IMG/VR virus record: IMGVR_UViG_2802429228_000006
DNA: 47,939 nt
Strand: one strand, 5' to 3'
DNA from: a virus
Taxonomy: Duplodnaviria > Heunggongvirae > Uroviricota > Caudoviricetes
This document shows, in pieces, positions 9,316 to 18,049 of this stretch (positions are counted from its first letter, which is position 1; every line of letters starts with the position of its first letter). Below the pieces are notes generated by a model. That model was not told the origin of the DNA. It saw only the letters and a program-made list of their open reading frames with translations, and did not search any database. Both the position numbers and the translations under genes were made by a program.

Positions 9316-11403
9316 ATGGGCAAAATGCAAAAAACTGAGGTCGAAGTATTTTCTGAGTTGGAGTCACTGTGTACATCTCATGGTTTTATTCATTGTTTAG
9401 CATTATTAAGCTGCATAAATAATATTACTATCTATGAAGACAAACTTAATTTTAAAGATGTGCAACATCTATACGAAAAAGAACGATTGATAAGAACCGA
9501 GATTTCTACGGTTGCAGGATTGTTGTTAAAGTCTGAAATTAATGTAAATTATCCCGGCGAAGAAGCACTGTTGAAATTATACGAAGATGTGAATGCATCT
9601 TTGAATATTTTACATAGTGCTATGCTTTTGACTGAGAAGAATGGCGATTACAACAATGCGATTATAAAAGAGAGTATATTTTATGCTGCTGAATCTGCTT
9701 ATGACTTTCAATATTTAGATATGGCGGAGGAAAAATACTCCTTAGATAATTCTTGGTTTTTAGAGAATATGGGGTTTACATGCATCGATATGGTGTCAGT
9801 AGGCCGGTGTATAGAGTCTATAATAGGGAGGCAAATTAATGATTTTTTAAATGGTGGTCAAGGGATTTTTAATGAGTGGCTATTAAATGCTTACGAGTTG
9901 TCAATTAATGAAATAGTTACTGAGACAGGTATTTCTTATGTGAAGGTAAGAACTATCATTGATTTGTTTTCGTCAGGTGGAAATTCAAATGAAACCTTTC
10001 AGTCTGTGAGTGACTTTAATATCTTTAATGCTAGACCCATAATCCGCACTGGAGATAGGTATTATTGTTTTTCAGCCTATTCATTGGCTCAGTCAATATA
10101 TGAAACACCATTTTTTTGGATGAATAATGACAAAAAATATAGACCTATATCTGCACAACATAGAGGACAATTTGTAGAAGATTATGTATATAGAAAAATG
10201 ACATCGATTTTTGGAATTGAGAATGTATTCAAAAATGTATATATAGTGAACTCTAATAATGAGACGCTAGGTGAAATAGATGTACTGGTATCTTTTTCTG
10301 ATTCGGTAATAATTTATCAGGCAAAATCTAAGAAGTTAACTATTGAAGCTAGAAAGGGAAATGGGAATGCTATACAAAAAGATTTTCAAGGTGCTATACA
10401 AGATGCTTATGATCAGGGGGTTTCTTGTGCTCAATTCATCGTATCTGGCGCAAGCCTAACTGATCAAAATTTCAACCGATTGAATCTCAACTCTTCAGTC
10501 TCTAGATGTTATATTGTTCCAATTATATCTGAGCATTATCCGTCTTTGAGTTTTCAGGTTCGTCAGTATTTGAATGTTAAAATAACAAATGAAATTTACC
10601 CGCCATTTATAATGGATGTTTTCCTTTTAGATGTTCTAACAGAGTTTTTAAATACGCCGCTATATTTTTTATCTTACATTGATCGTCGTTCGAAATATAA
10701 CATGAGAGTATTTTCTTCTCATGAATTGACAGTCTTTTCTTTGCATCTAAAACAGAATCTATGGATTGACAATGAATGTGATATGTTTATGTTGCATGAT
10801 GATATATGTGCTGATCTCGATATTGCGATGTTAGTCCGCAGGAAGGGGATCTCTGGTAAACATACTCCAAGTGGTATTCTAACACTCCATCAGGATGGCT
10901 TTATTAGAAAAATAATTAACTCATTGGAATCGGAAAATCATAAATTGGCGATGGATTTAGGTTTGCTTTTGCTTTCTTTGGATAGTGATGCTATTGAAAA
11001 CATCAATAAAATAGCTAATAAAACGATATTTTTATCTTCACTTGATAAGAAACACCATGATTTTTCAACTGTCATTGGGGATACGGGTATTACAGTTCAT
11101 TGTAATTACTATAAGAAAGATGTCGCGGGAAAAAAGTTGTATGAACATTGCATAAAAAGAAAATATATAACTAAATGTAAAAAATGGATTGGTATACATG
11201 TTAGACCAATAACATATGATATAAATTATGGAATTATGTTGGATTTTGAATGGGAATATTCTTCTGATATTGAAAGTATTATCACTCCTACTCCATTACA
11301 AAATACTTTGGTTAATGTTAAGGGAAATATGACTCAAGCAAAACGACCGGGTAGAAATGAACCATGTTTTTGTGGTAGCGGTAAAAAATGTTGTTTACGT
11401 TAA
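9316..11403 (+). CDS. Cargo protein (695 aa): putative PD-(D/E)xK/NERD-like nuclease with C-terminal SEC-C-type Cys motif; candidate anti-phage factor
   Basis: AT-rich ORF between cos and int. GEIDVLVSFSDSVIIYQAKSK fits a D..E.K nuclease core; the C-terminus CFCGSGKKCC fits a SEC-C metal-binding motif; no P-loop seen. Confidence 0.75.
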   Translation: MGKMQKTEVEVFSELESLCTSHGFIHCLALLSCINNITIYEDKLNFKDVQHLYEKERLIRTEISTVAGLLLKSEINVNYPGEEALLKLYEDVNASLNILHSAMLLTEKNGDYNNAIIKESIFYAAESAYDFQYLDMAEEKYSLDNSWFLENMGFTCIDMVSVGRCIESIIGRQINDFLNGGQGIFNEWLLNAYELSINEIVTETGISYVKVRTIIDLFSSGGNSNETFQSVSDFNIFNARPIIRTGDRYYCFSAYSLAQSIYETPFFWMNNDKKYRPISAQHRGQFVEDYVYRKMTSIFGIENVFKNVYIVNSNNETLGEIDVLVSFSDSVIIYQAKSKKLTIEARKGNGNAIQKDFQGAIQDAYDQGVSCAQFIVSGASLTDQNFNRLNLNSSVSRCYIVPIISEHYPSLSFQVRQYLNVKITNEIYPPFIMDVFLLDVLTEFLNTPLYFLSYIDRRSKYNMRVFSSHELTVFSLHLKQNLWIDNECDMFMLHDDICADLDIAMLVRRKGISGKHTPSGILTLHQDGFIRKIINSLESENHKLAMDLGLLLLSLDSDAIENINKIANKTIFLSSLDKKHHDFSTVIGDTGITVHCNYYKKDVAGKKLYEHCIKRKYITKCKKWIGIHVRPITYDINYGIMLDFEWEYSSDIESIITPTPLQNTLVNVKGNMTQAKRPGRNEPCFCGSGKKCCLR

Positions 11404-11410
11404 GGACAAT

Positions 11411-11429
11411 GGCGCGTTAAAAACGCGCC
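11411..11429. terminator. Bidirectional terminator between the cargo gene and int
   Basis: Perfect palindrome ggcgcgttaaaaacgcgcc flanked by T-runs. Confidence 0.5.
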
Positions 11430-11430
11430 T

Positions 11431-12624
11431 TTAGTTATTTTTTTTTACTTTGTTTCCCCACCATTCCATGAGTTCAATTCGTTGCTCTAAGTATGTAGAT
11501 CTATTGTATGCTCTCCGAACTTCATTTTTATCACTGTGAGCTAAAGCCGCTTCAATAACATCTGCATTGAAACCAGCTTCATTCATTGCAGTGCTTGCAA
11601 TAGAGCGAAGGCCATGAGCAACTAGTTTTCCGCCAAAACCAATGCGTTTTAAAGCTGCATTAGCAGTTTGGCTATTCATTGGCTGTTTAGGGTCATTTCT
11701 ACTTGGAAAAATATGTTCACGATGGGCACTAATAGGCTTCATTACTTCCAAAATATCTAAAGCCTGACGTGATAAAGGAACAATGTGTTCACGTTTGGCT
11801 TTCATCCGTTCAGGGGGAATAGTCCAGAGTTTTGTATCAAGATCGATCTCTGCCCAACAAGCACCAGAGGCTTCAGAAGGGCGTACAAGCGTCAAGAGTT
11901 GCCATTCAATGAGACAGCGAGTCGGAACAGATAGGTTTGACATAGCTAAAGAACGCATCAGCTTCGGCAATTCTTCTGGCCGCAATGTTGGCATGTTTTG
12001 CTTTTTTGGCTTCTCAAAGGCCATCCCAACCCCAGATGCTGGATTGGCATCAATCAGACCAGTGTTTACAGCGTAAATCATTATCTCGTTAATTCGCTGT
12101 ATCAGTCGACGTACAGTTTCAAGAGCCCCACGAGCTTTGATTGGCTCAAGAGCTTCGACTAGCGTCCGGGCTTTGATTTGCTGGACGGGAATCTCTCCAA
12201 TGGCTGGGAATATGTCTTTTTCCAGCGAACGCCATATATCTTTAGCGTAATCAGGGGAAACGCTTTTGCTTTTTATCTGAAACCAGTTGGTCGCAACAGT
12301 CGAAAAAATACTGTCTAGAGCTATCTGTTGTTGTTCTTCGATAAATTCAGCTTGAACTTGTGGGTCTATACCATTAGCCAACAAAGCAAGGTAATCCGCT
12401 CTTAACCGTCGAGCATCAGCAAGTGAAAGAGCGGGGAAAGCACCTATCCCCATCATTGTTCTTTTTTTTGTAGCTGGTCGTTGATAGCGAAATCGCCAAA
12501 GTTTCTTACCGCTTGTTTTCACTATCAGAAAGAGGCCTTCGCCATCATGCAACGTCAGATCCTTTTCTAATGCTTTAGCGCGCAGAACTTCTGTATTGGT
12601 TAGGGGGCGTGTTGTTCTTGCCAC
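11431..12624 (-). CDS. int: P4-type tyrosine integrase (IntA-like)
   Basis: 397-aa product with a P4/CP4-57 integrase-like sequence and a C-terminal catalytic region (HGLR..., ...AHSD...RAY). Adjacent to the att repeat. Confidence 0.9.
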   Translation of the reverse strand: MARTTRPLTNTEVLRAKALEKDLTLHDGEGLFLIVKTSGKKLWRFRYQRPATKKRTMMGIGAFPALSLADARRLRADYLALLANGIDPQVQAEFIEEQQQIALDSIFSTVATNWFQIKSKSVSPDYAKDIWRSLEKDIFPAIGEIPVQQIKARTLVEALEPIKARGALETVRRLIQRINEIMIYAVNTGLIDANPASGVGMAFEKPKKQNMPTLRPEELPKLMRSLAMSNLSVPTRCLIEWQLLTLVRPSEASGACWAEIDLDTKLWTIPPERMKAKREHIVPLSRQALDILEVMKPISAHREHIFPSRNDPKQPMNSQTANAALKRIGFGGKLVAHGLRSIASTAMNEAGFNADVIEAALAHSDKNEVRRAYNRSTYLEQRIELMEWWGNKVKKNN

Positions 12625-12645
12625 TTTGGCCGCTCCTTCATGAAT

Positions 12646-12697
12646 TGGTATACGCGTTTAGGCATATATCCTATCGTATACCTAAACGTATACCAAT
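12646..12697. promoter_or_regulatory. GTATACC box cluster between int and att (candidate integrase arm sites)
   Basis: ttggtatacg...cgtatacctaaacgtataccaat includes a 10-bp inverted repeat (ttggtatacg / cgtataccaa). The same box pair recurs at 1826..1848 at the other end of the element. Confidence 0.35.
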
Positions 12698-12737
12698 AAT
12701 CACTGGATTTAGCTGGATATCCTCGGACAACAGTAGA

Positions 12738-12773
12738 CACAAAAAAGCCCGCAGAGCTTGTGTCATGCGGGCT
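12738..12773 (-). terminator. Rho-independent terminator (minus strand) downstream of the ssrA-end copy
   Basis: Stem agcccgca/tgcgggct with a T6 run on the minus strand. Confidence 0.45.
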
Positions 12774-12808
12774 TTCAGGATTTCTCCGGACGTATCCGGA
12801 AGAGCAAG

Positions 12809-12853
12809 TGGTGGAGCTGGCGGGAGTTGAACCCGCGTCCGAAATTCCTACAT
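12809..12853 (-). repeat. 45-bp direct repeat of the ssrA 3' end (att core copy)
   Basis: tggtggagctggcgggagttgaacccgcgtccgaaattcctacat is identical to 46879..46923, the 3' end of intact ssrA, then diverges. Confidence 0.85.
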
Positions 12854-12969
12854 ACCATTATAACATGTTGCAAAACAACTATTTATGTTAATTTTCAATC
12901 ACTTAAGTTTACGATGTATTACCTTGTTTTATGTGTTTTTAACTCTTTGCCGCCATTATGCCGCCACTC

Positions 12970-14193
12970 TTATTTTAAATATTCATACTTCATCATTTGA
13001 TGAATAAGGAGTTCAACTTTTCTAAAAGTGGTATTTTCATAATGTTCAACAAGGGATTCATCAAAGTCTTCAATCCATCCTTTTGCGGGATTATAGGTCG
13101 AAAAATTAAAATTATTTTTGTATAGATAGGGGGTGGCTTCTAGTGTACTAAACACAGTCCAGGAAACAGGGTTTGTAACTCTAAATATTTTTTTTAAAAC
13201 AGGACAGTGGGTATCATTGGTTTCAACTATGTTTTCTATTTTTGGGGGGATAATTACATTAATCCCAATATCGCTATCTTTTTGGTTTAATATCTTTGTT
13301 GATCGATACGATATCCCTGATATATTTTTGTTTCTGTCACTACTAATCCATTGCATTAATAGGTTTGGTATTATGTATTCTTTATTAAAACTTGCGTTTT
13401 CATTATCTTTTGTATAGTTACATGCAAGGACTAAAGGCCATGCAATCAACTTTGAAATTTTATCATTAATTTGATCCATGAAATTATCATTATTTAGATC
13501 GTAATCATCATCTGAACCTTGTTCGAATGAATACCAAAGATCTCCCGGTTTTGTACGAAGTGCAGATGTTAAATTGTACCCAAGATCTAAAATTCTTATA
13601 TTTGAATTTTCTTTATCGGATATGAAGGAAGATATGTAAAGTTTATCAAAGTCAGGTTTTCCCATTTCTTGCCAACATACAAATATTGATGTTCCAAGAT
13701 ATAAACATGGAAGACCGGATACAGAAAATCTTTGTGCGCTAACTAAATGTCTATTTTTAAATGGTATATGAAATAATTCTTCTCTTTGTTTTAGGATGCA
13801 CTCACTTTTCCTTACGCGAAATAAAGGGGTGTGTGGGTTGCATAATTTAGTTAGAGGAACAGTCATCTTATAAAGATGAGTATGCATTGATGACTTGGTA
13901 ATTGCCAAATCGAATTTTTTATAAGCTTCTTTAACATTTCCTATTAAAAATAGCTTAAGAGTTTCTATTATTTTATCAGATAAATATATTATTGATTTTG
14001 TGCGAATCTTTACTTGTTTAATTATCTCGTTGTCAGGATATTTATTTCTAATGGAGTCAATTAATTCTAAATAGCACTCGACTCTCTTAGAAAAGTCAGA
14101 AATTAGTTTTCCCTCGGCAATGAATGGGGGTTGCAATAGTTCATGTTTTTTTAGTTCTTCCGATATCTGTTCTAATTCGATAATGTTGCGCAT
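12970..14193 (-). CDS. RES-domain protein (407 aa), candidate NAD-targeting toxin / abortive-infection effector
   Basis: AT-rich ORF between att and int. LFRVR...QRFSVSGLPCLYLGTSIFVCWQE matches the RES signature (R...GRWN..G.P.LY......E). No adjacent partner gene. Confidence 0.6.
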   Translation of the reverse strand: MRNIIELEQISEELKKHELLQPPFIAEGKLISDFSKRVECYLELIDSIRNKYPDNEIIKQVKIRTKSIIYLSDKIIETLKLFLIGNVKEAYKKFDLAITKSSMHTHLYKMTVPLTKLCNPHTPLFRVRKSECILKQREELFHIPFKNRHLVSAQRFSVSGLPCLYLGTSIFVCWQEMGKPDFDKLYISSFISDKENSNIRILDLGYNLTSALRTKPGDLWYSFEQGSDDDYDLNNDNFMDQINDKISKLIAWPLVLACNYTKDNENASFNKEYIIPNLLMQWISSDRNKNISGISYRSTKILNQKDSDIGINVIIPPKIENIVETNDTHCPVLKKIFRVTNPVSWTVFSTLEATPYLYKNNFNFSTYNPAKGWIEDFDESLVEHYENTTFRKVELLIHQMMKYEYLK

Positions 14194-14197
14194 GTGC

Positions 14198-15217
14198 TTA
14201 ATCCATCAAGGTTGCTAATGGGTTTTTAGTTACTGCATCTTCAAGATGATCTGGGGAAAAATGAGCGTAAATCATCGTCATTTTTATATCGGCATGTCCA
14301 AGAATATCGCGCAGTACCAGTATATTTCCACCGTTCATCATAAAATGACTGGCAAATGTATGGCGCAGAACATGGGTACATTGGCCTTCTGGTAGTTCTA
14401 AACCGGCTCGCTTTACTGCACGCTCAAAGGCTTTTCTGCATGGGGTGAATAACTTCCCCCTATTCTTAGGCAGTTCTTCATATAAATCCTTAGAAATAGG
14501 CACAGTTCGGTTTTTCTTGCCTTTGGTCTTGGTATAAGTGATACGGTATTTTGATACCTGATGACTCTGCAGGTTTTCGGCTTCGCTCCAGCGTGCGCCG
14601 GTGGCCAGGCATATTTTTGCAATCAAAAGCAGGCTGGAGCTTTGAGAATCGGCGCAGGCATCCAGCAGACGTTTAATTTCTTCCGGGGTCAGGAACGCCA
14701 ATTCACTCTCAGCAATTTTAAATGTTGGCAGCCCAGCAAGCGGGTTGGGGGCTGACCAGTGGCCCAGCTTTTTCAGTGTACCAAAAACAGATGATAGATT
14801 GCGCTGTTCAAGGTTTACCGTGCGGGGCTTAACGGGCGACATAAACGTGCCATCTTCATTTCGTACTTCACCTTTTAACCGTGCTTCGCGGTATTTCGTA
14901 AAGTCACCGGCTGTCAGTTCTGAAGCGATGGGATCGCCTAGACCATTACAGATAATTCTAAGTTTCGCTATGAGGCGCTTGGGGTCTGCGAGTGTTTGAC
15001 CATACAGGGAATACCACTGCTCAATTAATTCTGATAGGTGTCGCCGATCTTCCTTTTCCCCCAGCCATGGTTTTTTGTTCACTTCTTCCATTGTGAAGCT
15101 TTCAAAAGCAATGGCTTCGCCTTTCGTAGCAAATTGCTTACGCACGCGCTTGCCATTGCGTCCATTGGGATAGCACTCGCACAACCATTTACCGTTTGGC
15201 TGTTTTCTGACAGTCAT
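14198..15217 (-). CDS. int: P2/186-family tyrosine integrase
   Basis: 339 aa with a C-terminal catalytic region (ARWSEA..., HVLRHTFAS, ...MTMIYAH); position next to the repressor. Confidence 0.9.
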   Translation of the reverse strand: MTVRKQPNGKWLCECYPNGRNGKRVRKQFATKGEAIAFESFTMEEVNKKPWLGEKEDRRHLSELIEQWYSLYGQTLADPKRLIAKLRIICNGLGDPIASELTAGDFTKYREARLKGEVRNEDGTFMSPVKPRTVNLEQRNLSSVFGTLKKLGHWSAPNPLAGLPTFKIAESELAFLTPEEIKRLLDACADSQSSSLLLIAKICLATGARWSEAENLQSHQVSKYRITYTKTKGKKNRTVPISKDLYEELPKNRGKLFTPCRKAFERAVKRAGLELPEGQCTHVLRHTFASHFMMNGGNILVLRDILGHADIKMTMIYAHFSPDHLEDAVTKNPLATLMD

Positions 15218-15219
15218 GT

Positions 15220-15852
15220 TTAGATACTCTTTATTACTTTGACTGCACGCCCAATAACTTCCACATCATCGGCAGAGCACTCGAAAGACGCTTCATCTTG
15301 ATTTACTACAATCTTATTGCCGGGAATCCGCATGATTTTTGCAATAATAATCATTCCATCAATATTGATAAGCCAGAATCCATTGCTGACTTGTTTAACT
15401 GATTTATCGATGAGATAACAATCAGTAGGGGTTTCTAAGAACATCGATTCTTCATAATCTGCAGGTAATATGCTGTGGTCTAGGAAAATCTCTTCATCAA
15501 TACTGAGTTGTCCATTTTCCAAGGTTCCTTTAGGAATAGATGGAGTTATGAGTTTGGATAACGGTTTAATTGCTTGTTTGTTCTCGTTATGAGATCTTTT
15601 CTCAGACTCGTATCCTTCTTTCATGCTTCCCTGTCCAGTGGCTAACCAAAGTAACGAAACACCGGTTTCTAGTGCACACTGAATTATCCAGTCAGCAGGA
15701 AAACTGTCACGTAACACTCTGTTTGCCATAGTACTTTTTGAGACATTCAGGTGCTCGCTTAATGCCTGCTTAGTTGTGAATCCATAAGCCTCAAGCAGCC
15801 TCTCAATAGCTGCCTTACCTCCCGTATCGGAACCCATTCTGATGTTTAACAT
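15220..15852 (-). CDS. cI: 186-type CI immunity repressor
   Basis: 210 aa with an N-terminal HTH; divergent from an Apl-like gene across an operator-bearing intergenic region; GGAG RBS. Confidence 0.7.
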   Translation of the reverse strand: MLNIRMGSDTGGKAAIERLLEAYGFTTKQALSEHLNVSKSTMANRVLRDSFPADWIIQCALETGVSLLWLATGQGSMKEGYESEKRSHNENKQAIKPLSKLITPSIPKGTLENGQLSIDEEIFLDHSILPADYEESMFLETPTDCYLIDKSVKQVSNGFWLINIDGMIIIAKIMRIPGNKIVVNQDEASFECSADDVEVIGRAVKVIKSI

Positions 15853-15871
15853 TGGTAATCTCCATTTGACA

Positions 15872-15886
15872 ATCTTGAATCAAGAT
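15872..15886. promoter_or_regulatory. Candidate operator palindrome in the cI/apl switch region
   Basis: atcttgaatcaagat (7-1-7 perfect palindrome) between the divergent cI and apl. Confidence 0.35.
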
Positions 15887-15973
15887 CGTAATGTCTTCGT
15901 GTCTCTTGATGTGAGAGTTAAAGAGACGAGCTAAAACGAACTAACACGCACACAAAGTAAGAGATACTGCACT

Positions 15974-16216
15974 ATGAGTACTGATATTTCAATTCGTGTA
16001 CCAAAAGAGATGGCTACGCCTGCAGAGTTCGCAGAGTGGGAGGGCATTTCCCGTGGCTCTGTTTACCAAAAAATTCACCATGGTCAACTTGCTAAGTACA
16101 TGGTCAAGAAAGAAAAAAATAAAGGCCGCGTAAGCCTTCGTTATCTGATGTACAAAACTGATCAGGTCCGTGAATCCCTCGGTCATTCCAACTTCCGCGT
16201 CATTGTTGGTAAGTAA
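15974..16216 (+). CDS. apl: Apl/Cox-like excisionase / transcriptional regulator
   Basis: 80 aa with an HTH (EFAEWEGISRGSVYQKIHHGQL); first gene of the rightward lytic operon. Confidence 0.6.
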   Translation: MSTDISIRVPKEMATPAEFAEWEGISRGSVYQKIHHGQLAKYMVKKEKNKGRVSLRYLMYKTDQVRESLGHSNFRVIVGK

Positions 16217-16248
16217 GTTCAATTATGGGAACTTTCTAAGGGGGCACC

Positions 16249-16758
16249 ATGTTTGATTACAAGATTTCCAAACATCCGCATTTCGATGAAGCCTGTAGGG
16301 CTTTTGCACTGCGTCACAACTTGGTGCAACTGGCAGAACGTGCAGGCATGAATGTGCAGATTCTGCGGAACAAGCTGAACCCAGCTCAGCCTCATTTATT
16401 AACCGCACCAGAAATCTGGCTGCTTACCGATCTGACTGAAGATTCAACGCTGGTAGATGGTTTTCTGGCACAGATTCATTGTCTGCCATGTGTACCGATT
16501 AATGAGGTGGCAAAAGAGAAACTGCCGCATTACGTCATGAGCGCAACTGCAGAGATCGGGCGTGTTGCAGCAGGTGCGGTATCTGGTGATGTAAAAACTA
16601 GTGCCGGTCGTCGTGATGCTATCAGCAGCATTAACTCTGTAACACGACTGATGGCGCTGGCGGCTGTTTCATTGCAGGCCCGTTTACAGGCTAATCCTGC
16701 GATGGTGAGTGCAGTTGATACCGTGACTGGCCTCGGTGCTTCATTCGGTTTGCTGTGA
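16249..16758 (+). CDS. cII: CII-like lysogeny establishment regulator (186 type)
   Basis: 169 aa, the size of 186 CII, in the matching position after apl. Confidence 0.65.
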   Translation: MFDYKISKHPHFDEACRAFALRHNLVQLAERAGMNVQILRNKLNPAQPHLLTAPEIWLLTDLTEDSTLVDGFLAQIHCLPCVPINEVAKEKLPHYVMSATAEIGRVAAGAVSGDVKTSAGRRDAISSINSVTRLMALAAVSLQARLQANPAMVSAVDTVTGLGASFGLL

Positions 16759-16765
16759 GGTGCTT

Positions 16766-17062
16766 ATGCTGACGAAAGAACCATCATTTGCATCGCTGCT
16801 GGTAAAACAAAGCCCGGCAATGCACTACGGTCACGGCTGGATCATGGGTGAGGATGGTAAACGCTGGCATCCATGTCATTCACAAGATGAATTGCTGTCT
16901 GAATTGACCACGAGGAAACGGAGAAAGTCAAAATGTATGCAGCGGAAAGTGAAGTGGTTTATCAGTTTCGTTACAGAGGGGAGAGTTATTCAGTACCTGA
17001 AGATGATTTGCTCTGTTGTTATCCGTCGTTGTCGGGCGATGGCAGTTACTTTTTCACGCTAA
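16766..17062 (+). CDS. Hypothetical early protein (frame and extent uncertain)
   Basis: ATG with GAGGTG RBS; the C-terminal third overlaps the next ORF in another frame, so one of the two may be shorter or spurious. Confidence 0.3.
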   Translation: MLTKEPSFASLLVKQSPAMHYGHGWIMGEDGKRWHPCHSQDELLSELTTRKRRKSKCMQRKVKWFISFVTEGRVIQYLKMICSVVIRRCRAMAVTFSR

Positions 17063-17157
17063 GGGATGGGACGTTTTTACGGGGAGAGCAGGTTAAAGAG
17101 ACGATACGAAAAAATGTATCTCCTCTTGAACGTTACCGTAAGAACAAAGAACGATAG
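16933..17157 (+). CDS. Hypothetical early protein (74 aa)
   Basis: ORF with a GGAG upstream at suboptimal spacing and plausible coding character. Confidence 0.35.
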   Translation: MYAAESEVVYQFRYRGESYSVPEDDLLCCYPSLSGDGSYFFTLRDGTFLRGEQVKETIRKNVSPLERYRKNKER

Positions 17158-17179
17158 TTGCGTTTTGGGGATATGAATT

Positions 17180-17521
17180 ATGGCAATTAATGGCGCTGCG
17201 GCGACTGTTCCATTAAGCCCCGGTGAACGCCTGAATGGACTTAATCACATTGCGGAGTTAAGGGCGAAAGTATTTGGCCTGAATATTGAGTCAGAGCTTG
17301 AGCGGTTTATTAAAGATATGCGTGATCCACGGGATATCAATAACGAACAAAATAAACGAGCACTGGCTGCCATATTCTTTATGGCAAAAATTCCAGCTGA
17401 ACGTCATAGCATCAGCATTAATGAGCTGACCACTGACGAAAAGCGGGAGTTGATTAAAGCAATGAATCATTTTCGTGCAGTGGTGAGCTTATTTCCCAGA
17501 CGGCTAACCATGCCGAATTAA
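17180..17521 (+). CDS. Hypothetical early protein (113 aa)
   Basis: ORF in the early operon; no recognisable motif. Confidence 0.5.
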   Translation: MAINGAAATVPLSPGERLNGLNHIAELRAKVFGLNIESELERFIKDMRDPRDINNEQNKRALAAIFFMAKIPAERHSISINELTTDEKRELIKAMNHFRAVVSLFPRRLTMPN

Positions 17522-17588
17522 GCAACTAATGAAATTAATGGCGTAAACCCGCCGGGCATCCCTTTATCTAAATTCAGGAGAATTGATT

Positions 17589-17822
17589 ATGCGTAATATT
17601 GAAACCCTCACGACTAAAACCGGACCGGATGATGCAGGGCTTAATATTTTACTGACAGAGGCTCGTCTGGAAGAACGCCGGGCAAGGGCTGAAGCAATGG
17701 CAGCTCGCCTTGATAGCCTGGCGTGTCATATCACATCCCGCCAGCTAAACCACGTCGAAGCGGCAGAACTGCTGCGTGTGACTGCTGAAGCAATCCAGAA
17801 CGAAGCGCAGGAGATCCACTAA
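17589..17822 (+). CDS. Hypothetical early protein (77 aa)
   Basis: ATG at 17589 with a CAGGAG RBS; the track entry begins 6 nt earlier at TTG. Confidence 0.45.
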   Translation: MRNIETLTTKTGPDDAGLNILLTEARLEERRARAEAMAARLDSLACHITSRQLNHVEAAELLRVTAEAIQNEAQEIH

Positions 17823-18049
17823 TGGCAGATGCAATGGATCTCGTACAGCAGCGCGTTGAAGAAGAACGCCAGCGCTATATCCGTGCTGCCCGTGCCAAAA
17901 CACCGGGCGTGTCTCGTGTGCTTTGTATTGAATGTGAAGCGCCAATTCCGCCAGCACGACGCCGCGCCATTCCTGGAGTGCAGCTTTGCATTACCTGTCA
18001 GGAAATCGCAGAGCTGAAAGGCAAACATTACAACGGAGGTGTTGTATGA
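17822..18049 (+). CDS. TraR/DksA-family C4 zinc-finger protein
   Basis: CIECEAPIP...CITCQ four-Cys motif in a 75-aa protein, typical of phage TraR-like proteins. Confidence 0.7.
   Translation: MADAMDLVQQRVEEERQRYIRAARAKTPGVSRVLCIECEAPIPPARRRAIPGVQLCITCQEIAELKGKHYNGGVV

Larger units (their letters stand above)
1750..12853. mobile_element. P4-like satellite phage element (integrated); left boundary approximate
   Basis: Contains crr-like iterons, alpha primase, a seqA/B/C-like immunity region, ori iterons, sid-delta-psu, a P4-type cos and a P4-type integrase, bounded on the right by a 45-bp ssrA-end repeat. Gene order matches the P4 prophage layout. Confidence 0.8.

Noticed and set aside
12809-12853. 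Possible second tmRNA/tRNA gene at the internal repeat
   Set aside because: Only the final 45 nt of ssrA are present; no 5' part or tRNA-like domain upstream.
12609-13000. Small plus-strand ORFs across the att repeat and AT-rich junction
   Set aside because: They span the att core and terminator with low-complexity translations and no RBS.
17986-18045. Upstream start for dam
   Set aside because: Would overlap the preceding TraR-like gene by 60 nt; the ATG at 18046 has a good GGAGG RBS and matches Dam N-termini.
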